Origin: Laetmonice hystrix
Taxonomy: Eukaryota
Direction of reading: 5' to 3'
Length of the DNA: 64,000 nt
Assembly (NCBI GenBank): GCA_965235115.1
Contig: OZ249436.1
Span: forward strand, 22,446,001-22,510,000
A model generated the notes under the pieces. That model was not told the origin of the DNA, ran no database searches, and worked only from the letters and a program-made list of their open reading frames with translations. The position numbers and the translations under genes were made by a program. Of the stretch, positions 21,684 to 33,379 are shown piece by piece (within the stretch, counting starts at the first letter, position 1; each line of letters begins with the position of its first letter).

Positions 21684-24600
21684 CTACGCTGTATCCCATT
21701 CATTTAGATGGGTATTAATTCTTATTAGGTTTTTTGCTGCCTTATGCACTATGTTCATGTCTTTCGAGAATATTTGCGAGATCAGGGTTTTTGTCTCATC
21801 GTCTTTGTGTATTCCTGGGCATGTTTCCATAAGGTGTTGTTGTGTTTCATCTTCTTGGCCACACCCCCTACATTGTAGGTTATTATATTTGTTTTTATAG
21901 TTTCCTTTGGCTTTTATCATCCTTGTTCTTGCCATGAATATTGCACTTGCCTGATTCCTTGTTAGTTCCTGTAGGTATGTCGGTGTTCTTTTTCCATCTT
22001 CCTTGTTTGTTGTTAGGAATATATACTTAGATTTGTTTCTCCCGTCATTCTTCATTTTCTCCTCCATTTGTTGTTTCGCCATTCTCCTTATTGTCTCTTT
22101 CCTTTGGTGTATCCCCATTGTTTGGAGGTTTGATATATCCATGCTCATCTGTTCTGCCAGTTGTCTGGTTCTTTGGTTCCATGATTTAGTGTTGTTGTCT
22201 TGGGTTATTTGTCTCATGCTTTTCAGGTTATTTCCTTGTAGTTTGGTGGCATAGTTAATTTTTTTTGTGGCTATTATGTGTTCAATGTCAAGGAGTTTGG
22301 TTTCTTCGTATATGCATTCTCTTGGGGTGGATTGGGGTATTCTTAGGAGTCTTTTTATTATGTTGTCGAGGATTGTATTCAGTTTTTTCATTTGGGTTCG
22401 GTTTATGGTCCATGTTTCAGCTCCATATGTTATTATCGGGATTATGCATGTTTTCACTAGTGTCCATATGGTTTCCATCTCTATGCCTTTGAAGTTGTCG
22501 TCTTCTGCTATCTGTAGGATGGTTTGTAGTGCTGCTTCAGTTTTTCTTTCTGTCTCTTGGATGTGGTCGTCTATGTTGTTTTTATTGTTAATAGTCTCTC
22601 CCAGGTACTTGTATTTATTTGTTGGTTCTATGGTAACGTCCCCTATTGTTAGTATATTGTCGTGGTTTCCCTTACCTATGGTCATGGTTTTTGATTTTTC
22701 TTTTCCGAATTCTATTCTCAGGTCACTCGCCACTCTGTTTGTTATTGCTAGTAGTCTCTTTTGGTCATCCATGTTGTTTGTTATTAGGACTACATCATCT
22801 ACCCACAGGAGGCAGATTGAGTTCTTGTCGATGCTGGTTTCCTGGAGTTCTTTGGCTTTCATTATTTCCTTGTTGATTTCATCCATGAGTGTGGCGTATT
22901 GGGTGACCGCTAGGACTCCACCTTGTCTTATGCTATCTCTTATTTTTATGGGTCTGGTGTTGCCGTGGGATGTTCTTATTGTAGCTGTTAGGTTATTGTT
23001 GAGTTTATCTATTAGGTTCCAGGTGGCTCCTGTGCATCCTTGTTTGTGGAGTATGAACATGATGGCATCGATCCATGCCTTATCGTATGCTTTGGTCACA
23101 TCTAGGAATGTTATGTAGGTATTTTTGTTGCAATTTTTGTTTTGTCTTATTATTTCTTTTATTCTTAGGATGTGGTCCGTGGTGCTCATCCCTTTTCTCC
23201 CTCCTGCTTGTTCGTCTGTTATTTTTATGGTTTTTAGGATTCTGTTGTTTATCAGTCTCTCATATGTTTTTCCTATGTTACTTGACAGGGTTATACCTCT
23301 TTCATTGCTGCATTTTCCTTTGACTCCTTTTCCTTTATACATTCTAATGACTTCTCCCTCTAGCCATTGGGTTGGGATTTCCTTGGTTTCCGAGATGTGG
23401 TTGAGTGCTGCTAGGTATATTTTCCTTGTTCTCTTGTTAGCATTTATGAGCACTGTGTTTGGTATGTTATCTGGTCCATTGGCCTTTTGTTTTTTGAGTT
23501 TTTTAATGACTGTGTTCAGCTCTTCGCTAGTGAATGGTTCCATTTGGTCCTGTTGTGTGGTTTGTCTTAGTTTGTTGACCGTTGCTTGTATGTTTTTTGA
23601 GCTTTCTTCGTTTTCTGGTTTTCCTTCTCTTGCTTGGTACAGTTGTTCGTAGTAGTTAGCTATGTGGTTCTTTTTCTCCTGGGGGTTGGTTATCTCTACT
23701 CCTTGTTCGTTTCGGAGGTATTTGTCTATGTTATCTTCCTTTTTTAGGATTTTCTTCCTTGTTTTCCAGAAATCTTTGGACTTCGACCCTCCTTGGAGTA
23801 CAAGGTTTTTCATTTTTATCCTTGTTGTTATCTCTAGGTTCGCTTGAATTCTGTTTCTTAGGTTTTTCTGTGCTCTTATGTAGTTGTCCTGTTTCTGTTC
23901 TATTTGGGAGTTAGGCTGTTTTGTTTTGATGGCCTTTTCGTACTCTTGTCTTGTTTTTCGTTTTTCTTCTCTTAAGTTCTTGGTTTGTCTGTCTTCTTTT
24001 TTTCTCCCTTTTCCTCTTATGGTTATTGTTCCTATATTTCTTTTTAGGCTTTCTTTTATTGTGGTCTCTAGGGTGCTGTAGCTAGTTTTCACCCTCTCTA
24101 GGTTTTTTGTAATATCATTGTTGAATTTTCTCCATGCTTCTTTGTTACCTGGTGCCCATATTTTTGTGTGTTTTTGTTTGGTTTTTCCGATGGCACAGTT
24201 TAGGTTGAGGGTAATGGTATTATGGTCCGTCTCTTTCCTCCCTTTCAGGGTGTAGATATTGTGGGTATGTATGGTGGTATCCGTTACCCTTTGTGCCATC
24301 CCTTCGTTGCATAAGATATAGTCAATTATTGAATGTTCTGAGTTCTTGTTTCTATTTTGGCGTGTCCAGTTTATGTTGTGCGGTTCTGTGTTCAGGACTT
24401 TCATGGCTGTTGCTTCAATGATGTTTGTTAGTAGTTTTCCATTCCTGCTTTCATCTTGAGTGTATGGTGGTATATCTGTTTTTATCTTTGCGTTAAAGTC
24501 TCCTATGAGTATGACGTCTCCTTGTTGTTTTAGTTCCGTGATTGTGGTTCCTATTTCATAGTATTCCCTGCTTACTGTCTCCTTGTCTATTTTTTCTTGG

Positions 24601-24998
24601 GGTCCATAGTAGGCTCCGAGGTATGTTGGCTTGTTCTTTGTTTTGATCTTTATCCATATGATTTCGTGGTGGTTATGTTTTGGGAGGTCTAGTTCTTGTG
24701 AGTTTTGGAAGGTTTCTTGGTCGATTAGTATCCCTATTCCTCCTCCGCTTTTTTCTTTTCTTGGTTTGTGGTACCATTGGTATCCTTCTATGTTTGGTGG
24801 TTTCTTGGTTTTTGTTTCGGCTATGATGGCTATGTTGGTTTCGTGGGTTCTTAGGGTTGCTTCTAGGCTGGCTTTTTTCCCTGTGATTCCATTTGCATTG
24901 GTATATAGTATTTTGATGGGTTTATTTTGGGTATTCCGATATTTTCTTTTCCTGGGGCTGTGTTTTCTTTTGTTTTTTTGTAGGGGGTGGCCTTCCTC
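21684..24998 (-). CDS. LINE-B ORF2 copy 2 (in frame with ORF1 after UAG)
   Basis: Identical to copy 1. Confidence 0.9.
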   Translation of the reverse strand, partial: EEGHPLQKNKRKHSPRKRKYRNTQNKPIKILYTNANGITGKKASLEATLRTHETNIAIIAETKTKKPPNIEGYQWYHKPRKEKSGGGIGILIDQETFQNSQELDLPKHNHHEIIWIKIKTKNKPTYLGAYYGPQEKIDKETVSREYYEIGTTITELKQQGDVILIGDFNAKIKTDIPPYTQDESRNGKLLTNIIEATAMKVLNTEPHNINWTRQNRNKNSEHSIIDYILCNEGMAQRVTDTTIHTHNIYTLKGRKETDHNTITLNLNCAIGKTKQKHTKIWAPGNKEAWRKFNNDITKNLERVKTSYSTLETTIKESLKRNIGTITIRGKGRKKEDRQTKNLREEKRKTRQEYEKAIKTKQPNSQIEQKQDNYIRAQKNLRNRIQANLEITTRIKMKNLVLQGGSKSKDFWKTRKKILKKEDNIDKYLRNEQGVEITNPQEKKNHIANYYEQLYQAREGKPENEESSKNIQATVNKLRQTTQQDQMEPFTSEELNTVIKKLKKQKANGPDNIPNTVLINANKRTRKIYLAALNHISETKEIPTQWLEGEVIRMYKGKGVKGKCSNERGITLSSNIGKTYERLINNRILKTIKITDEQAGGRKGMSTTDHILRIKEIIRQNKNCNKNTYITFLDVTKAYDKAWIDAIMFILHKQGCTGATWNLIDKLNNNLTATIRTSHGNTRPIKIRDSIRQGGVLAVTQYATLMDEINKEIMKAKELQETSIDKNSICLLWVDDVVLITNNMDDQKRLLAITNRVASDLRIEFGKEKSKTMTIGKGNHDNILTIGDVTIEPTNKYKYLGETINNKNNIDDHIQETERKTEAALQTILQIAEDDNFKGIEMETIWTLVKTCIIPIITYGAETWTINRTQMKKLNTILDNIIKRLLRIPQSTPRECIYEETKLLDIEHIIATKKINYATKLQGNNLKSMRQITQDNNTKSWNQRTRQLAEQMSMDISNLQTMGIHQRKETIRRMAKQQMEEKMKNDGRNKSKYIFLTTNKEDGKRTPTYLQELTRNQASAIFMARTRMIKAKGNYKNKYNNLQCRGCGQEDETQQHLMETCPGIHKDDETKTLISQIFSKDMNIVHKAAKNLIRINTHLNEWDTA

Positions 24999-26705
24999 CT
25001 ATCTCCTGTGGTATCTGTCTGGTGATTGATTTCTGGGTCTTTTTTCTCTGGGCTCTGGGTTTTGCTCGTATCTTTGTTTGTTTGTTGTCCTTCCCTGTCT
25101 TTCTTCGTCTTCCCTCTGTTCCACTATTTTCATTATTTCGTGTATTGTTTGGTCTACATTTTCCGTTGTTGTTCCTGTTACTTTCATTGTCTCTGAGTCG
25201 TTGTCGTAGGCTGCCATGGTTTTGTTTCTGCTTGTTATTGTGTGTATTGTTTTCCCTCCTCTCCCTAGTACGTGTTTCACGATATTCCTGTTGATCTTTG
25301 TTTCTGCCGCACATTTTGTTTTTGTGGATATTTCGAGGTGTTCTGTGCTCGGGGTTTTTGGGTTTTTGGGTTTTTGGGTTCTTTCATCTGTTTTTTGTTC
25401 GTCGAGTAGTGCTTCAATCATTTCTGTCAGATTTTGGGCTGTTGCTTCCGCAGTCTCCTCTGTTATGTGGTATCCATCTTTCTCCAGTTTTGTGTTTCTT
25501 GGGTAGGGGTCGATTACTTTTTTGTTTTCCTCTCTTAGGTATTTTGGGAACATGTTTCTTTCGATTTCTCTGGATGGTGCTGCGAATCTTGGGGGTTTTA
25601 TGAATATCGTTTTGTGAGGAGGTAGGTTCTTTGTGGCTCTTGTCAGTTGTCTTGTCGTTTCTTTCGCTGTCTCTCCGTGTCTGATGTGGTTCGTCCCTAT
25701 GTGCATCATTATGATGTCGTGGTCCTCTATCTCTTGGGTGTTGTCATCTAGTGTCTCTTGGAGTTGTTGGGTAGTATATATTGTTTTTATGTGGGTTTCG
25801 GTGGTTTCGGTGTCTTCTATGTATCTTGAGATCTTGGTCAGGTTTGAGTCACCGAGGATGACTACTTTGCTCTTTTTGGGTATTTTGTCTTCTTTTATAG
25901 TTTCTTTTTGGGTTTTCATTTTTTCTTCTATCAGCTGGTCAATTACCTCATCTTTGTGTCCCAGGGTTTCGTAGGCTTCTTCGTTTTCTTTCGTCAGGAT
26001 TCTGATTTTCTCTTTGTCTTTTGCTGCTTCAAGTTTTAGTTGGGTTATCGTTTTTTCGTGTTCGTCAATTTGTTCCAGGGCGTTTTCTAGTTGGTCTATG
26101 GCATTCAGTGACTGTTCCTGTAGTTCTTCTTGTTTGTTTATAAGTTCTGTTATTTTCGCGTTGGCGTTTCTTGCCTCCTGGGTTGTCTTTTGTTCGTCTC
26201 TGGCACTTTCTCTTTTGAGTTGGTTTTTTTCTTTTTCTGTTTCTGTTAGTTTTGATTTTAGGCTTTTGTTTAGGGCTTCCATTTCCTTCTTTGTTCGATT
26301 CGCTTCTATTTCCGTTTCTTTGATTTTCTCGTTGAGTTTTTTGTTTTGGGTTTCTGTCAGGTCACAGTTTTTGCACTTTTTATTTGTTTCCTTGCTGGTG
26401 TCTTTGTCTTCTTTCCCCATTGCAAGTTTTTTGTAGCTTCCGTCTTTTTTCCTGGCAGACTCCCTCATTGGTCTGCTTGTGGTTGGGGTTAGGTCCTGTT
26501 GTGGTTGGGTTTTCGTGTTTTTTGGTTTTGTTGTTTGGGTGTTTTGGGGGGTTCTTGTCTGTGATTCTTCGCTATCTGTAGTTGATGATTCATCGTCCGT
26601 GTTTATTTTGCCTTTCGTTTGTATGTCGATTTCAATGTCAGAGGCTGACGTATCGGGTTTTTCTTGTTTTTTTGGGTTTTTGGGGTCTTCTTGGTCTTGT
26701 TCCAT
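24999..26705 (-). CDS. LINE-B ORF1p copy 2
   Basis: Identical translation to 8843..10549. Confidence 0.82.
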   Translation of the reverse strand: MEQDQEDPKNPKKQEKPDTSASDIEIDIQTKGKINTDDESSTTDSEESQTRTPQNTQTTKPKNTKTQPQQDLTPTTSRPMRESARKKDGSYKKLAMGKEDKDTSKETNKKCKNCDLTETQNKKLNEKIKETEIEANRTKKEMEALNKSLKSKLTETEKEKNQLKRESARDEQKTTQEARNANAKITELINKQEELQEQSLNAIDQLENALEQIDEHEKTITQLKLEAAKDKEKIRILTKENEEAYETLGHKDEVIDQLIEEKMKTQKETIKEDKIPKKSKVVILGDSNLTKISRYIEDTETTETHIKTIYTTQQLQETLDDNTQEIEDHDIIMMHIGTNHIRHGETAKETTRQLTRATKNLPPHKTIFIKPPRFAAPSREIERNMFPKYLREENKKVIDPYPRNTKLEKDGYHITEETAEATAQNLTEMIEALLDEQKTDERTQKPKNPKTPSTEHLEISTKTKCAAETKINRNIVKHVLGRGGKTIHTITSRNKTMAAYDNDSETMKVTGTTTENVDQTIHEIMKIVEQREDEERQGRTTNKQRYEQNPEPREKRPRNQSPDRYHRR

Positions 26706-29700
26706 GTTGGTGTTGGATCCGTTTGTCCGTCTCGTGGTCGGTGGGCGATATTGGAGGTCGTCAGGTGGTCGTGCTGGGTCGCTAGTTTTCCTTTGTTTGT
26801 TTTTGGGTTGTTTATTTATTTATTTTTTTTTTTTTTGGTGCTGTATTGTTTATCGTCTTATTATGTGTCTTTGTTCCACTTATCTGCTTTGTTCCTGCCT
26901 TTGGTCTCCTTTTCTGTCGGTTTTCCCTTCTGGCTCGGGGCTTTTGCTTGTTGCATCCGCCATTTGCTTGTTGCATCCGCCATTTGCATTCTCTCTTCCA
27001 CTCTCGGAAATATCCGGGCCAGGGACTGTCACATCAAGCATGTCGGCAAACTGAATTAATACCTGCCATTTCCTAACTCAATATTCAATATCAGGGACCC
27101 ACTATCTGCCGCATATTGCGACTGGGCCTTCCTCACTCAATATTAAATATCAGGTACCCCTCAACTGCCACATGGGACTAGAACTTCCTAACTCAACCCC
27201 TACCTGTCACAAACTAACTTCCTCAGTCAATAATATGAAATGTCGGGGACATAGGGAGCGCGCAGCGTGTCTGGTACCATAGTAGGCCTACTAGTGTCGT
27301 GGTAGGTGGATGCTAAACTAACGACTACGTCTACGGCGAGGTACTGCGGCCTAACGATAAATGATTGAGAGCTAACCCTAACCCTAACCTTAACTAATCC
27401 TAACTCTATCTATAGCCCAATCGAGCCCGAAACAGAGCGGCAGTGTGTCGTACTGGATGTTGACACCGGCCGGAAGTCCCAGTGTGGCGGAAGTGGGATT
27501 TCAGCGCTGGCGGCGCATAGCGGGATTTGAGTGAACTAGTTTTGAGAATCGCATGCCAAAGTAATTTACCGACAGCGATCGGCTGGTGAAAGTAGATCCC
27601 ATATTTCTCCTTCAGTCATTGGAGCCACAATTTAATTAGGCTATAGCTGGAATATTTTTGCATTCTTCACGAGTTTCTCATTAATTGACATTTATTCGAC
27701 CAATCACAATCGAGAAAATCCCGCAACTCGGACATTCAAGATGGCGCCGTGCATGGACTGCGGTCCGGTTACCATCCGGTTTAAGTTGTCGGCTTAGTCA
27801 AGTTGGTAGTGGATCGGGCCGAGGTAGAGAAGATCTACGTACGTTGCCGTAACAGCGCTTCGCGGCGCGGCCTGATTAAATAATATCAGGACCCCCCCCC
27901 CACCTGCCACATATTGGAACTAGAACTTCCTAAGTCAATATTAAATATCAGGTACCCCTCACCTGCCACATATTCGGACTAGAACTTTCTCACTCAATAT
28001 TCTACCAGATGTACAATTTTTATGGTTTAAACCCGAAAATATTTTTTGACTGAAAGTGCCTACATATCCATAGCGAAAGATACACGTAGCATCCTCATCG
28101 CATTTCTATACATGTGCGTTTAAGCACTGAAGTGTTTGTGTCAAAATAAGATATTTGAAAACGACTCGGGAGAAATGTTATAAGTTTACCTATAATAGTG
28201 ATCTATATGGCCACCACGTCCGATAACGGATAGGTGGCACCACAAGCGCCGGGGGCAGGGTGATTAATTGAGGTTTTTAAGCTCCATGTAATCTTAAATC
28301 AGGAGAAAAACACCACAGATCGTTTCTTTAGATGGCAAAGGGGATATATATTAAAAGAATTAGGTGAATTCATCCGTAATTAAGGAAATGGACTATTTCA
28401 CATTTTTTGGCCCGCCCAGACGCTGTCAGACAGTTGCACTGAAAGGTGATAACTTTCCTGAAGTTGCGGTAGGCCTAATTGGTCAAAAGTATATGGCCCT
28501 GCAGACTTTCCTGGCGCCGGAGCCAGTCGTATATGAACATGCATGCTGGTAGCCACTTAGTGACACCCTGTTTGTGGTCGGATAAAACAGAAATTATATA
28601 CTTTCGCTAGATTTGAGGATATGGAAGCGAAGCTAAAGACCTTTGTTATCCATTGAAGTGATCAACGGGAAGATACAACCCGTTACTTATAGATGTTAGA
28701 GGCCACTGAGTCTTTGTCCACATATGCCATCTCCCTCGGCCCCATGTCCTTATATGGCCCTGCAGACTCTCCTGGCGCCGGAGCCAGTCGGAAATGAACA
28801 TGCTGGTATAGCCACTTAATTAGAGACACCCTGTGGTCGGAAAAATAGAAATTAAATATACTTTCGCTAAATGTATATGTGGAAGGGAAGCTAAAGACCT
28901 TAGTTATCCATTGAAGTGGACAAAGGGAAGACACAACACGTTACTTAGATGATACAGGCCACGGAGTCAACGTCCATATATGCCATCTCCCTCGGCTCCG
29001 TGTCCTTAAATGGCCCTGCGGACTTTCCTGGCGCCGGAGCCAGTCGTATACATAATGAACATGCTCGTAGACATGTCCTGTTTGTGGTCGGATAAAATAG
29101 ATATTAAATATACTTTCGCTAGATTTAAGGATATGGAAAGGAAGTAAAGACCTTGGTTACCCATGCATTTATTGAAGTGGTCAAATGGGGGAGGGGGGAG
29201 GGGGGAGGGGGAGGGGAACCCTCTTGCGGCTCTGGCTTGCAGGCAATAGGCCTATAGGCCTAGGCAACTATAAATTTTTACTTCTATACCTTTGTCTCCA
29301 AATTCATTAGACGAAACTCCTGTCCACTTGTACTCGGAACCCGCGGATCCAAAGGGGTGGTGCAGCTGGGCGCACGCGCCCTTTTTATGAAGAAGTGACA
29401 GAAGGACACTACGGTAATTTTAACAAGTTTGTCAAAAAGCACCTAGATCTATTCTAGGTCTGGTCAGGAAGATGAATATCGTGTTAAATATAAAGATTGA
29501 CCACAATGAGGTATGCTGGGACTCAACGAGGCTTGGGGTATAGGCATAGAGTCTACTATAGTCCATCTAGAGTATACTACTTCCGGCAATATATGACTTC
29601 CGGCATATTCGACTGGCTCTTAACGGAGTGACGCACTCGAAACGACCGACGCTGCTTCTGATTGGTTGTTTCTAGGTCATATCCGGGGCGAAGCAGGCCT

Positions 29701-30896
29701 CGGACAGTGAAAGTGTACGGATTTTATACGTGGATTTAACGGGAATCCGCCGGATAGGCCATGTGCTCTCTGATTCGGCCGATTGAAAAAGTAGTGCAGT
29801 GGATAGACGTACTGTGGTGTTGTGTGCACTTTAAACAAGATTTCACCGACTGTACTGTGTCTATAATGAGCAAACAAGTGACATGTTCACATAATTTGAT
29901 GTCACAATACGATTTTTGTAGTCTGACTTTTACCATAATGGCGGCACCCACAGCCACACGGCGATCGATGCACACGACGATGACAAAATTGTCATAGAGT
30001 ATAGACATAGCCATAGCCTAGACATGGCGATACCTAATCAAGTCACATTGGCAAAGAGAAAGGAGATGGGGGTGCCATTCTCTACTCTTGACCCCCCCCC
30101 CCCCCACCCGTCCATGCATCCCTTGATGGGGGGGGGGGTCTCTAACCTTGCCTCGGGCGCCACAAACCCTCGCTACGCCACTAGAATACCTTACAATACT
30201 TAGCAAAATGGTATAGGCTACTTTTCATTCTAGTTTTAATCCTATTTACAGATAATTACTTCTGTTATGTTATCATGATAGTACTTGGGCTGAATCACAA
30301 AAAGGTACTGCGCCCAGAGGACAAGAGTGTTGCACAAACCTTATAAGAAAATATTCATAAAATATAATGTTGACCTACTTTCATGAAAATATCTCAAATC
30401 GTCTTGTATGGCCTGGGCCCTGTTTCATAAAAAATCTTACATTTTAGATTTAATCATATTGTCGATATACGATAGATTCTGTTTCATAAAAGATTGTTCT
30501 TGTCGAAGAACGATAAATTTGTCACGACCAAATGAAAAATCGCTCAAGTGTTTCATAAAATCGTTCTTGGCTTTTTTTCAATCGTTATTTCCTCGAAAAT
30601 AGTCGTTGGCCACGACCACCCCGAGGGTTGTCGTAGGATAATATAAAAACACGAAATGAGTGAATTCTGGCGAAATTTTACTACAACCGTCATTTATGGA
30701 GAGGAGAAGGAGGCGTCGGTGGTTCTTCGCGTGAATAAACCCAATTAATACTAGGTTTTACGGTGACTTCTTCGTGAAACATATCGTTATTTCCTCGAAA
30801 AAAAATCGTTGGCCACGACCACACCGAGGGTTGTCGTAGAATAATATAAAGGCGCGAAATAAGTGAATTTTTGCGGAATTTTACTTCAACCGTGAA

Positions 30897-31380
30897 TTAT
30901 GGAGGGGAGAAGGAGATGGTTCTTCGCGAATAGACCCAATTAATAGGTTTGACGGCGACTTATTCGGGAAACGGTATCGGCTGGACAAGAAGTCAGTGAT
31001 CGCCCTTTCAAGAACATATGAAGACTCAACGTTTTGCTCAACGTCCGGCGACCCAAGTAGTATCATGAATATAGTCAAAGCTTGAATTTGTGTAAAGAAC
31101 CTAACATTTATTCCAAATTTCCCAAATGTATTACTTAGAAACAAGTAAGGTATACTTCTTTAATAGGGTAATTCTTCTTAAAGTAATTAAGATGCCTATA
31201 TCAGCTGTGTAGGCCTAAAACTAACTCACCAAAAAATATGTTAATAACCCCTTCCTCATTTTGCAGATGTGTTTGGCCCTGTGCTTCTACGCGACAGGGC
31301 CCAACTACAGAGTTCTGAGCGACCTCTAGGACTTTAGCAAGCCCACCGTTAGCCGGGCCGTGGGGGAGGTGACGGATATT
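30897..31380 (+). pseudogene. Harbinger (HARBI1-like) transposase N-terminal remnant
   Basis: RIDPINRFDGDLFGKRYRLDKKSV, then after a ttttgcag acceptor MCLALCFYATGPNYRVLSDL*DFSKPTVSRAVGEVTD (HTH motif with an in-frame stop). Confidence 0.7.
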
Positions 31381-32399
31381 GAGGGAGTCCATACTGTGCC
31401 TCTCTCATCTTGTGCTTTATCTTGGGAGATGATGACTTTTTCTTCTCTTTGTGTTCTTTGTGTTCTTTACTGGGAACATCCGGGACATGGGGTTTCTTGT
31501 GGAGGGCAAAACATAAGACATGTATGCCTATAATGTAGGCCTACATGATTTTATCCTTTATTTACCGGATAACAAGCACTAAGTCTTAGTACTAGCCCTA
31601 ACTAGGTATCTACTATTATAGGTCTATACGGTGTAGTGTTTTCCATTCAGCAGAAATACTTGGTCGCCCAACTACTTATGTTTTTTTTACCATACCAGCC
31701 CATTATAAACTAGATACGTTGTGGAGTACCACAATGGATCCCATCCCCGGGGTGTCCCATGTAACATGTTCTGAATAGGGATAACTATGGTACTATCTTG
31801 CACCCGTGACGACTTATGAGCCTTAGAAGATGGAAGTTACGTCATTATGACCTTATGCTACGTCATAAATATTGATCTCAATGGACTTCCTATTCATGTT
31901 CAAAAATAACTATAGGTGTATCTAGCACCGTTTACTAGTTACAGGCTTCTACCAATCCTTAGAAGGGCTCAGTTACGTCATAAGGATGTAATAGATCACA
32001 CAACAGAATAAATCTTGGTGTCAATTGAAAGAACATAATGAGGACTTCCTGTTTATAAATATTCAATACTAACTATGGGTCTAACTCCTACCATTTACAA
32101 GTTAAAACCCTGAGAAAATATCGATGACATCGTTATGTCATGGGTCACGTGACCTAAGAAATAATGATGCCAAACGAAAGAGTATACATGACTTCCTATT
32201 CGTGTTCAATAGTAACTATGGGTCTAACTTCAAGCATTAACAAGTTATATCCCTTAGAAAATATCGATGACATCTTTACGACGTCACAGGTCACGTGACC
32301 TTAAGGATGACGATACCAAGTGATAGCAAGTTATAGCCCTCACAAAATATAGGTTCACTGGCTGTGGTAATCAGTACCAGTTCAATCCAGTATTAGCTT

Positions 32400-32478
32400 G
32401 TCAGATGGCGTAGCACTGGCGATAAGTGTCTTGACTCACATGCTATGGGTCGCCGGTTCAATCCCAGGCCGAGTCACC
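32400..32478 (+). pseudogene. Degenerate tRNA-like module inside the outermost HINE
   Basis: tggcgtagcactgg ... ggttcaatccc followed by a T-run; the B-box segment is repeated at ~32512. Confidence 0.35.
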
Positions 32479-33379
32479 TATTTTTTTGGACTTCTACCGG
32501 AAGGGTCCCGCGTTCAATCCCAGGCCGAGTCACGTTTCTTTTTGTTTTTGTTTTTTCCCTCTAATTTTTAAAAATGGTCACGTGACCTGAAAAAAAAATA
32601 TCATAAAAGAGCATAATGACTTCTTATCTGTGTTTAATAGTAACCAATGCCAAATCTGGCACCGTTTACAAGTTCTAGAAAATTGACAATTTTTCGAAAT
32701 TTCAAAGTCACGTGATTCAGCGAATATTAGTCAAATCGCTTATCTTTTGATGATTTGAGACAAGCTCATGTTAGAGAGTCCTTCTGCCTAATATTGTCGA
32801 ATTTCACCAAAAAATGAAGAAGGAGTAGCGATTTAAGAGATTTGTGACTGAGGACCCAGTTCTCGCAAAGTTCAAGGTCAAATGACAAATGAAGGGTCCA
32901 TGTTAGACTAGACCCTTGCCTGATTAAAACGCCATGATGGGGTTTGGAAATTCCCAACATGAACGTCATGACGTGACGTCATACGTCACGTCACGTGATA
33001 TGTCACAACTCATTGTCTGACCAGTCCTTGTCATGGTCAAGATGTGTGCCAAATTTGATTGAGATATCTTGAAAACTGACTGAGATGGACGCCACTGTTT
33101 ACTACTACTACTACTACTACTACTACTACGACGCAAAGAACTAGATAGCGTGTGGCGATGCCACAAGGGATCCCATCCCCTGGGGGGGGACGTCATGCAG
33201 TTATAGTGACGTCTTCGTGGAGCTCGGTGTCAATTAAAAGACTATAATGACTTCCTATTCCTGCTCAGTAGGCCTACTAACCATGGCTTTATCTCCCACC
33301 GTTTATGAGTTATAGGCCTTAGAAAATATTGATGACGTCATTATGATGTCATACGTGATGCTACATTATTAATCTTGAA

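Larger units (their letters stand above)
21614..27001 (-). mobile_element. LINE-B copy 2
   Basis: Same ORF translations and same flanks as copy 1; a poly-T tract is one base longer. Confidence 0.9.
1..30415. repeat. Recent ~16.2-16.5-kb tandem segmental duplication
   Basis: 1-14266 matches 16486-30415 with only scattered SNPs, homopolymer changes and one VNTR difference. The match continues at 46867-46916 after the Harbinger insertion. Confidence 0.93.
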
